In this document: positions 11,401 to 21,853 of the stretch, one piece after another
Layout of the letters: each line of letters begins with the position of its first letter
Numbering within the stretch: the stretch's first letter is position 1
NCBI GenBank assembly: GCA_964035545.1
Contig: OZ037768.1
Coordinates: 992,001 to 1,056,000, forward strand
Length of the DNA stretch: 64,000 nucleotides
Source of the DNA: Bugula neritina
Lineage: Eukaryota > Animalia > Bryozoa
Reading direction: 5' to 3'
Position numbers and translations under genes: made by a program
The notes under the pieces: generated by a model
What the model saw: the letters and a program-made list of their open reading frames with translations, nothing else
What the model was told of the DNA's origin: nothing
Database searches by the model: none

Positions 11401-14400
11401 TTAGACTACACTCTGTACATACAGTATACATACTCAGACTATACTCTGTACATACAGTATACATACTCAGACTATACTCTGTACATACAGTACACATACT
11501 CAGACTATACTCTGTACATACTCAGACTATACTCTGTACATACTCAGACTATACTCTGTACATACAGTATACATACTCAGACTATAAACATTAGGAATAA
11601 TACACTGTAATTAACCACACCTCTTTGGCAGCATTGTTCCCAGAATTCTTAGCATTGTTGATGTCGTGAGCCAGCTGCTCCAACTTCACTTTATTATCCG
11701 TGTGTTCTTGTTTCAGTTTCTTCTGTTCCACAACCTGCGGTAATGTTATATAATATTATATACTAAGTATAATACTATATAATATATACTAAGTGTAATA
11801 TTATATACTAAGTGTAATATTATATACTAAGTGTAATATTATATACCAAGTACAATATTACATACTAAAAGGCTCACCTTACTGTTGATCTCCTTATTCC
11901 ACGCTGACAGCTGCTGCCGATGTGTCTTCAACGCCGTCTCAATCTCCTTGACAGCGGCCTTCGTCTGTGACACAACGTCTTTATACTCAGCTGACTTCTT
12001 CTCCAACTCCACAAGATCTGCAAACAGACAGCACCTTGCTCTACATGTCATATACCTGCTCTACATGGCACCTACCTTTCTCTACATGGCACCTACCTGG
12101 TGCTACATGTCACCCACCTTGCTCTACATGCCACCCGCCTTGCTCTGCATGTCACCCACCTTGCTCTACATACCACCCACCTGGCGCTACATGTCACCCA
12201 CTTTGCTCTACACGTCACCCACCTTGCTCTACATGCTCAATTTGCTGTTTATAATCCCCAACTTCTTTCTCCAAAGTTTCAACTTCGAGTTTCAGGGTTT
12301 CGGAGTCCTGTTCATTCTTAGCATATTTCTTTTCTAGATTCTCCATTTCCTTTTTAGTTTTGAGCATTTCCTGTAAACAAAGTTACTTAGTTTTTAGGAC
12401 CACGCGAGCAAGTTGATGGCGATTGGTTACTAGAATCACACTATACTCACATCACACTATACTCGCACCACACTATACTCACACCACACTATACTCACAT
12501 CACACTATACTCGCACCACACTATACTCACACCACACTATACTCGCACCACACTATACTCGCACCGCACTATACTCGCACCACACTATACTCGCACCACA
12601 CTATACTCGCACCACACTATACTCGCACTACACTATACTCACACCACACTCGCATCACACGAGGTCAACTGCTGGACCAATCACTGACCTGCTCCAATTG
12701 CTTTAGCCTCTGTTCCCTCAACTGCTTAGCATTCTTTATTGTGTGCTCCAACTCCGCTACCTTCTTGATGCTGGCTTCTTTAGTCTTCTTGGCAGTTTCT
12801 ATCGCCTAAACGTCATTAGAAAAATATGAAATATACAACATTCTAGAACAACCTGTAGCACAGCTACAAGACTACAGAGCACAGCTACAAGACTACACGC
12901 AGCACAGCTACAAGACTACAGAGCACAGCTACAAGACTACAGAGCACAGCTACAAGACTACAGAGCACAGCTACAAGACTACACACAGCACAGTTACAAG
13001 ACTACAGAGCACAGCTACAAGACTACACGCTGCACAGACCTGCTGTTCCGAGGTGATCGTCTCCTCCAGCTTATCGATGTGATCCAGCTGAGCTCCGTGT
13101 GTCGTCTGCTTCAGCTTGTTTTGCAGCAGTTCAAACTCTCTCTCTTTCATGGCCAGTTGTTGTCGCAGCTTCGAGTAGCTTTCATATGCCTAGACGTTAC
13201 ATACAACTACACATTACATACAACTACACATTACATACAACTACACATGACGCTGGGTGGAACACGTCATTGTAGACTGAGACAATACCCACAAGATACA
13301 CCAAACTATACGACAAAACACTGACCTTAGTTGCAGCAGACAGGCGCCCGTCTAGTTCCAGAAGATTCTGCTTCTGCTCCACCAACTTGGCTGAAACATC
13401 TGAAATCTCGGAGAGTTTGGAGAGAATTCCGGAAGAGCCCTGAGGTCTGGAGCCCCCAGTGAGCGTACCTGCCGGGTCAAACGAATCCCCTTCCAGTGTC
13501 ACTGATTTCCTCATGATCTACAATAAAAGTGAGTGTTGTTAGGTGAGTGTAGACAGGTGAGTGTTGGCAGGTGAGTGTTGACAGGTAGGTGTTAACAGGT
13601 GAGTGTAGACAGGTGAGTGTTGGCAGGTGGGTTACCTGCTTATCAAATGTGACTTTCTTCGCAGCTTCAGAGTTTTTGCAGACAAAAGTATTGCCGAAGA
13701 CGTGTGTCATGGCAGCCTCAACATGTTTCTCATAACCGACAAGTTCCAAAGCTAAGTTGACGTTCTCGTTGCCGACCTGTAAGCCAGGAAGTAAATATTA
13801 CACAGGAAATGAATCTGATAAATAAACCAATCACGTGCGTTTCTTTGAAATATAGCACTTGACTTCAGTTGATTTACTGAGCAAAGCTGGCCACACTATT
13901 GATAGGAGCTGCTAAAACTACCAACAGACGGGGAGAAAACTCCACAATGAATCTATTTGGTCACCTAACACTTTCTCAAAGCTTTAGACAGCTGAGCTAG
14001 TTACCCCAATACAAAAGCATAAAAGTGCTCCTATACTGAGTCAGGATATCATAAAACTGTTTAAGGTTAAATGACAAAGTGCAGTACAAATGAACCAATG
14101 GAGAGATGCGAGAGCTGAGACTAACCAATGACTTGGCTCGGCTTGTAACTCTGCTGTCCACAGGTTTAGCTGTCAGTTTGTTGAGAGGAAGAATAGTATA
14201 CTTCTTCCTGAGCTGCCCGTTGTCTAGCAGCTGCTGGGCCGTCTTGTCATCATCCACTACTATGTTATACAGCTACAAGTATAGTATACAGCTACAAGTA
14301 TAGCATACAGCTACAAGTATAGTAATACAGCTACAAGTATAGTAATACAGCTACAAGTATAGTATACAGATACAAGTATAGTAATACAGCTACAAGTATA

Positions 14401-17400
14401 GTATACAATTACAAGTATAGTATACAGTTACAAGTATAGTAATACAGTATAGTAATACAATGTATAAAGTAAAAAGCATACCCGGCCGCCAGCCACAACT
14501 TCAAGAGCTGTCGAGGTAGAAACGTCCTTGACCTGAATAAGTTTAGCCACAGGACCCCTCACTTTCCTCCTATCAAAGTTCTTGACTGGGTCCACATAGT
14601 CAAACTGTAGACTTGGAAACCTGAGGTAAGGTTGAGTAGTGAGTGAAAGCATTCATACCAAAGAGAAAGAACTAAACTACGGTGGTGAAAATTAGCTGAG
14701 TTCTCAGCTAGTATTCAGATAGAAATAGGTCTATGATGAAAAACTCGAATGCTGTTACATGAAGAAGAAATGGAATTGATGACAACACTAATAGATATCT
14801 GTAGATGACTAGGAAATAGCGAACTGACCTGTCAGACAAGGAGTTATACTCTCTCTGTAACATCTCAGCTTGTCTAACTAAGTTAGCTCTCTCATCTCTT
14901 ACACTCTCCAGACTACCCTCTGTGTAGTCCATCTTCTTCTGGTCCTCCTGTAACACCTCACTGTACTATATATAACTATACTGTATATAACTATACTGTA
15001 TATAACTATACTGTATATAACTATACTGTATATAACTATACTATATATAACTATACTGTATATAACTATACTGTATATATAACTATACCGTATATAACTA
15101 TACTGTATATAACACTACTATATATAACTATACTGTATATAACTATACTATATATAACTATACTGTATATAACTATACTATATATAACTATACTATATAT
15201 AACTATACTGTATATATAACTATACCGTATATAACTATACTGTATATAACTATACTGTATATAACTATACTATATATAACTATACTGTATATAACACTAC
15301 TATATATAACTATACTGTATATAACTATACTATATATAACTATACTGTATATAACTATACTGTATATAACTATACTGTATATAACTATACTGTATATAAC
15401 TATACTATATATAACTATACTGTATATAACTATACTGTATATAACTATACTGTATATAACTATACTATATATAACTATACTATATATAACTATACTGTAT
15501 ATAACTATACTATATATATAACTGGGTGTGACTAAAATGGGTGGCCACCCGGTGTCGCGGGCCGTGACACCCATTTTAGTCAAAATCCCCCTTATGACTA
15601 AAATGGGTGTCGCGAACAATTTTCGTTTTATTTTCACATTTTTAGACAGTTGTGACAATTGTAATCATTTTTAAACTATTCTTCAGTAAATAATGGACAT
15701 CTCACAATCATTTAAACCAAAAAACATAAATAAATAATGACAAAATTGAAATAATTATGACGAAAATAGAACTTATCAAGAGTTATCTTTCCTCATCAAA
15801 AATTGAATTTTCACCTAATTTTACTGTTATCGTTATGATCATAGACATGTTAACTTATGAAACATATAATTTAAACTATTAAAAACACTGTGAGCAATAT
15901 TAACAAACAAAAATGTCTACAAAATGTGAAAATAAAACTAAAAATCTTCACGACACCCATTTTAGTAAAAACACCCACGAATGACTAAAATGGGTGCCAC
16001 GGTGATTTTTGCTTTATTTTTAGCTTTCTGGGCGGTTTTGGATACTATAAATTATGCATGTTAAAACTTTTAGTTGCTTTTACTAATCAAAATTATTAAA
16101 ATTTTTAATACTTACAATATTAGAAAAAAATCATAAAAACAAAACTAAGAACTAAGGGAAGATAACTCTAGGGGGTGTCACTGATAGTTTCGGTTTTTAT
16201 TATATTTTATTATTATTGTAAATTATTATTTAATACTACCGTCATTTAGAGTGAAACAGTTATTATATATTAGAGTTTTTCTAAAGTTTTGATCAACAAC
16301 CAATTTAGCAACAAGAATTGCCAAAAAGCTAAAAAATAAAGCAGAAATCACCGTGACACCCATTTTAGTCATTCGTGGGTGTTTTTACTAAAATGGGTGT
16401 CGTGAAGATTTTTAGTTTTATTTTCACATTTTGTAGACATTTTTGTTTGTTAATATTGCTCACAGTGTTTTTAATAGTTTAAACTATATGTTTCATAAGT
16501 TAACATGTCTATGATCATAACGATAACAGTAAAATTAGGTGAAAATTCACTTTTTGATGAGGAAAGATAACTCTTGATAAGTTTTATTTTCGTCATAATT
16601 ATTTCAATTTTGTCATTATTTATTTATGTTTTTTAGTTTAAATGATTGTGAGATGTTCATTATTTACTGAAGAATAGTTTAAAAATGATTTCAATGGTCA
16701 CAACTGTCTAAAATTGTGAAAATAAAACGAAAATTGTTCGCGACACCCATTTTAGTAATAAGGGGGGATTTTGACTAAAATGGGTGTCACGGCCCGCGAC
16801 ACCGGGTGGCCACCCATTTTAGTCACACCCTATATAACTATACTGTATATAACTATACTATATATAACTATACTGTATATAACTATACTGTATATAACTA
16901 TACTATATATAACTATACTGTATATAACTATACTGTATATAACTATACTATATATAACTATACTGTATATAACTATACTGTACATAACTATACTATATAT
17001 AACTATACTACATATAACTATACTGTATATAACTATACTATATCACTATACATAACGATACAAGCGATAGAGACACCTGCAACTTGCTGATCTGCTTAGC
17101 TATATTATCCAAGTTAGTCTTATCCTTGTCGTATTCCGTGGAGGTCTTCTTGAGGTCGGCCCGTTTTTTCTTCACCTCATCCTGGGAGTGTTTCACCTTC
17201 ATCTGACAGTTCTTGATGTCCGTCTCGGCCTGACTGATGGCATTCTTAGCAGCTGCAGATCAAAGAGTGAGACTGAGTAGTAGAACTAACAGTTAGTGAG
17301 ACTAAACAGTAGAACAAAGAGTGAGTAAGACTGAGTAGTGGAACAACAGTGAGTGAGACTGAATGGTTAAACTATTACTAAGTTACTGATCATTGTAATA

Positions 17401-20400
17401 AAGTGACTGAATTATAAGTGACGCAGAGTGACAACCTAAACTGAGGGATTAGAAGATAAAGATAGCCCGCATCCTCACCGATCAGCTGGTCGTTGAGGGT
17501 GGCGTCTTCACCATCCTCGTTACTAGCCAGTCCAGCAGACTCGGTCTGGAACTTCTTCTGTGCAGCAGCAAACGCCTCCTTCACTTCCTGTCGCTGCCGA
17601 ACAGCAGTAGCATTTGCTGTCGTGTTGCTATCTAGCTCGACTTTCTTCTTGCTCAGAACAGCTTCATCCTACAACAGGAGATACTCTTTCCTACCTCCTC
17701 CATTCAAGAACAAATGAGTGGTAGAATTATAGCCTTGAGCACTACATTGAGGTCAAGGACAGAGTGGGTAACGATGTCATATTACAGGACAGAAATATTG
17801 CCTCTTGGAGTCTACAAAGTGTTGCATGACACAAAGTGCTGTACGACACAAAGTGTTACACTCACGTCACTCAAATGTTTTTTCAACTCCTTCAGTCTTT
17901 TATTTTGAGATTTGATCTCTTTAACTGACTCATCATAATTTGAACTGGAGACAGCGTCAGCTTGCTGCTTCTCAGACAGATCTTTCTCTAGCTCCGTACT
18001 TTCTCCCTACAGACAACAATTCTCCCTATATACGTCTGCAGTTAGAGTATATACGTCTGCAGTTAGAGTATATACGTCTGCAGTTAAAGTATATACATCT
18101 ACAGTTAGAGTATATACGTCTGCAGTTAAAGTACATACGTCTGCAGTTAGAGTATATACGTCTGCAGTTAGAGTATATACGTCTGCAGGTAGAGTATATA
18201 CGTCTGCAGTTAGAGTATATACGTCTGCAGGCAGAGTACATACGTCTGCAGGTAGAGTATATACGTCTGTAGTTAGAGTATATACGTCTGCAGTTAGAGC
18301 ATATACATCTGCAGTTGGAGTATATACGTCTGCAGGCAGAGTACATACGTCTGCAGGTAGAGTATATAATATGTCTGCAGTTAGAGTATATAATACGTCT
18401 GCAGTTGGAGTATATAATACGTCTGCAGTTAGAGTATATAATACGTCTGCAGTTGGAGTATATAATACGTCTGCAGTTAGAGTATATAATACGTCTGCAG
18501 TTAGAGTATATAATACGTCTGCAGTTAGAGTATATAATACGTCTGCAGTTGGAGTATATACGTCTGCAGTTGGAGTTTGTAATACGCACATTGTTTATCT
18601 GCTGCTCTCGCTCTTTGATTTCAATCTCTAAAATCTGAACCAGGTTGTTGATCTCCTCGCATCTGTCTTGCAGTTGTTTGATCGACTCTTGGATGTTGGA
18701 GAGTAGCTGAGCAGAAGATCCTTTCTCTTTCTCGGCACAGACAAACTGTAGACACAGACAAGTCAGTTAGAAACTCCAGTCAGTACAGAAGATGTGTCCA
18801 GTTTAATCATTACTTACTTACCTGTCAGGTAATGTCAAGTTACTCACCTGCCAGGCAATGTGAAGTTTATGCAGATGCTCGATCTCCCTCACTATCTTCT
18901 GGTATTCGATATAAGAATCTCTCTCTCTCTTTAACCTCTCCAATTTTGGTGCCGTTTCTTCCTCTATCAACTGGCAGATTAAATAATATTCAGAATATAA
19001 AAACACATACTGAGCACGACTCTAACCTACTGAGTACGTCTGTAACTTACTGAGTATGACTCTAACTTACTGAGTATGACTCTAACTTACTGAGTATGAC
19101 TTTAACTTACTGAGTATGACTCTAACTTACTGAGTATGTCTGTAACTTACTGAGTACGTCTGTTACTTACTGAGTACGTCTGTAACTTACTGAGTAGGTC
19201 TCTAACTTACTGAGTATGACTCTAACTTACTGAGTCAATCTCCCTGACTTTACTTTCTTTTTTCTCAATCATTTTCTCAGCACTTTCTCTTTTTGATTGA
19301 TAAAGTCTGGTGCCTGCAGCTTCTTCTATCATTGACAATATCTACACCAAAATATTATCACTGCTGACTATATCAAAACCAAAATATTATCACTGTTGAT
19401 TAAACCTTCGACACAAGAGAATGACATCACATTACATGACTTAGAATAATTCTAAACACCATTTCTACAGAAAATCAGCTGTGAATATAAACCAACTTCT
19501 TAGTGCCACCCTACATGTATCATATCTTAACGTTAGCCAGAACTCGGGCTATCAAACAAGACAGTGGATATGGGAAGGTGAACCACCAAACAAACCTCAG
19601 GGGGTTTCATGTTCAGCACTTTGGTGATCCGCCCCTGCATAATGAGGAAGTGGGGGTTGTTGATGTTGAGGGATACTGACTGGAACAGATCGGCCACTTT
19701 CTGGTTGGTTGCAGCTATACCATTGATCATGTATTTGTTTCTTCCACCCACCACTACCTGGAGTAGAGAGTAGTATATAGTACACACTACATCTTATATG
19801 CATTACATAGCAGTATTATAATTCGGTATTACAGTGTAGTATAACATACTTACTATACCGAAAGGGCACTATCACTAACCTGTCTAGTGACTACTATCTC
19901 ATCATACTGACTGTACCCAAAAGGACACTGGTCAGCATCACTGTTATCAAACGTAATACTGACGGTTGCTTTGGTAATTCCTGCCTGACCATTCTTGTAG
20001 ACCAGCTCTTGTAGGCTTGTGGCTCGAACCTAAACATAAAGGGGAAATATTGGTTTTAACGATTAAGTCATTAACTTTTACAGTCAGAATGCAATTAATT
20101 ATTTTATAATTTGATTAATGGCAAAAAACTGAAATTTATTAATTTGAAATAAAAATTCATTTTGATTATGTTGCCCTCCAAGAACTTCACTGTGGGTAAA
20201 CGCTTTCGATTCCCATTTTGATTCTATTAAGTCATTTAAGTGACTTAGACTCTTAGAGGACATGATGATGATGATTGTCTCATTGAGTTACTCATTTTTT
20301 CCAGTTGATTCTATATTATATTCGGCAATAGTACAACTAATAACATAGCTTTGATGCCTAGAAACAAAATATATACGTATTAAAATATCCCTTACGTGAT

Positions 20401-20563
20401 GAAGGTTTGAAATTCCCAAGACAAAACATATTGAATCTAAAATGTTAGATTTCCCACTTCCATTCAATCCAGTTATAGCATTAAACAGAGCGTCAAAGCC
20501 GGTTATTTCAGTTCTCTGAGCATAAGATTTGAAACCGTCGAGAACAATTGATTTTATATACAT
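8435..20563 (-). CDS. SMC2: Structural maintenance of chromosomes protein 2 (condensin SMC2), 24 coding exons, ~1209 aa
   Basis: Exons, 5' to 3' on minus: 20396-20563, 19880-20029, 19596-19757, 19231-19341, 18848-18970, 18590-18745, 17866-18006, 17479-17668, 17077-17252, 14829-14947, 14482-14620, 14126-14272, 13636-13776, 13326-13517, 13040-13189, 12689-12805, 12223-12370, 11878-12017, 11621-11734, 10693-10821, 9538-9664, 9006-9228, 8755-8902, 8435-8653. Motifs: GFKSY, Walker [29 protein letters not shown], hinge VTLEGD..GTLTGG, signature LSGGQR, Walker [12 protein letters not shown]. Confidence 0.97.
9244..9537. repeat. 23-bp minisatellite (CTAGGGCTATACATACAGTGTAC)n
   Basis: Fills SMC2 intron 9229-9537. 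Confidence 0.95.
9670..10620. repeat. 16-bp minisatellite (AGTAAACAGAGTGAGT)n, ~58 copies
   Basis: Fills most of SMC2 intron 9665-10692. Confidence 0.97.
10833..11586. repeat. 33-bp minisatellite (CATACTCAGACTATACTCTGTACATACAGTATA)n with 22-bp deletion variants
   Basis: Fills SMC2 intron 10822-11620. Confidence 0.96.
11750..11868. repeat. 19-bp AT-rich repeat (ATATTATATACTAAGTGTA)n
   Basis: Inside SMC2 intron 11735-11877. Confidence 0.85.
12032..12235 (-). repeat. 21-bp minisatellite (CATGTAGAGCAAGGTGGGTGA)n on the minus strand, ~10 copies, overlapping the SMC2 exon 17 donor
   Basis: Visible directly; the first unit contains 13 exon bases. Confidence 0.93.
12436..12660. repeat. 16-bp minisatellite (CACACTATACTCGCAC)n
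   Basis: Inside SMC2 intron 12371-12688. Confidence 0.95.
12857..13036. repeat. 21-23-bp minisatellite (AGCACAGCTACAAGACTACAG)n
   Basis: Inside SMC2 intron 12806-13039. Confidence 0.93.
13529..13631. repeat. 14-bp repeat (ACAGGTGAGTGTTG)n
   Basis: Fills SMC2 intron 13518-13635. Confidence 0.9.
14266..14460 (-). repeat. 19-20-bp minisatellite (CTATACTTGTAGCTGTATA)n on the minus strand, overlapping the SMC2 exon 12 acceptor
   Basis: Visible directly; the last unit contains exon bases. Confidence 0.92.
14965..17050. repeat. 15-bp minisatellite (TATATAACTATACTG)n, split by the foldback element
   Basis: Arrays at 14965-15523 and 16831-17050. Confidence 0.96.
15524..16830. mobile_element. Non-autonomous foldback-type DNA transposon with ~510-bp terminal inverted arms and a 9-bp TSD (MULE- or Merlin-like)
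   Basis: Begins GGGTGTGACTAAAATGGGTGGCCACCCGG and ends with the reverse complement ...CCGGGTGGCCACCCATTTTAGTCACACCC. Arms ~15524-16032 and ~16320-16830. TATATAACT flanks both ends (15515-15523 and 16831-16839). No transposase ORF. Confidence 0.9.
18027..18578. repeat. 19-bp and 22-bp minisatellite (TATACGTCTGCAGTTAGAG)n
   Basis: Fills SMC2 intron 18007-18589. Confidence 0.96.
19008..19235 (-). repeat. 20-bp minisatellite (ACTCAGTAAGTTAGAGTCAT)n on the minus strand, ~11 copies, overlapping the SMC2 exon 4 donor
   Basis: Visible directly. Confidence 0.94.
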
Positions 20564-21853
20564 GTTAGATAAAATTATGAAATTAAAAAACACTAAATTA
20601 CTAAAAACTCATTTTTATTTTGACTTTAATCCCTTTATTGCCTTAGCTTTTTAGCGCCAGAATTTAAGCCTTTTCGACCTTACTAATGTCAACGCACATA
20701 ACAACGGTTCTTGCCAAAATTGTATGAGCTCTACCTTTTAACCGATAATAAATATTTTAAGCTGCATTGATCTCTCTTGATATAAATTAAATGTACGGTA
20801 AACGGTGAACGCCCGTAACTAATGTTAGAGCTCTGGGCTAGATACATGTGGGAAATTTTCGTGGCCTGTCTGAAGTGTGAATTTATGATAAAATTTTAGC
20901 TAAGATCACTGAACTAGAGTCTTTTCCAGTTTATTGAATAAGATACCACAACTATGCTAATCAATTTTGCGCATTACTGTTTAGATATCTGTAAATTGGC
21001 AATTGAAAGTTAAGATTCTGATTACTGATGAATTGTGTAAAACTAAATATCTGTAACACCATTATAGTGATTATTATTCATTTATTGAGTTCATTGATCT
21101 GCAAGTGCAATACTAATACTAATAGTTATAGTAATACTAATACTGAGTAATAGTAATACTAATACTGAGTAATAGTAATACTAATAATAATGCTAATTAC
21201 TGAATTAGTAATTAGTAGTTATTGTAGAAGTTTGTGCACTTGAAGTGAAAGTTAAACTAAAACTTAAGTTAAAGTTATTAAATTTAAAGTCAAATTATAA
21301 GTATAAGTATCACTCCAAGTCTAAGTATAAGGCTATGGACTCTATGACCTTATGCTTTATTATCATTATAGAGTATAGGTATTTGAAATCGCTTAAAACA
21401 GCACCGAGTTGGTGGTCACGGTCACTGTGTGCATTGTGATTGCTTCAGGGGTCTCGAGTTTAGAATTTGTACAACAATGTGAAACTGAATGTATGTACAA
21501 ATACTGTACTCAGTCACCTTTAACTAGGTTCTGCTTTTACTTCTAGTTTTAGCGATATTCATGGGTATGACTGTGACAGTTACTATGATTATGACTATGA
21601 CTAAAATTACTCTTAGTCATAGTAAGCGTAACACTAAATTTAAGTCCAACAGTAAATTAAACTGTCTAACTCTAAATCTTAGTCTTGTTCTTAGTTTTAT
21701 AGTAAATGTTATGCTTGTGGGTATGTTGCTGCCTACTCAATATTCATACTGGCATTGTAATTTATATTCAGTGAATACTGATAATCATCCACTCATAGTG
21801 ATTCAGTTTCACAAATGGTTACTTTTTATAGAATAAACTCCTTTGGTGCTGGA
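20564..21853. promoter_or_regulatory. Putative bidirectional promoter region, SMC2/DPH2
   Basis: Head-to-head start codons ~1.3 kb apart; an acceptor at ~21831 implies a non-coding first exon for DPH2. TSSs are not located. Confidence 0.6.

Noticed and set aside
9670-11586. Regular arrays superficially resembling CRISPR
   Set aside because: Units are head-to-tail with no unique spacers, they lie in spliceosomal introns, and there are no cas genes.
15203-17090. Transposase ORF in the foldback element
   Set aside because: The ORFs are short and run from the TIR into satellite; no DDE-like coding region is present.
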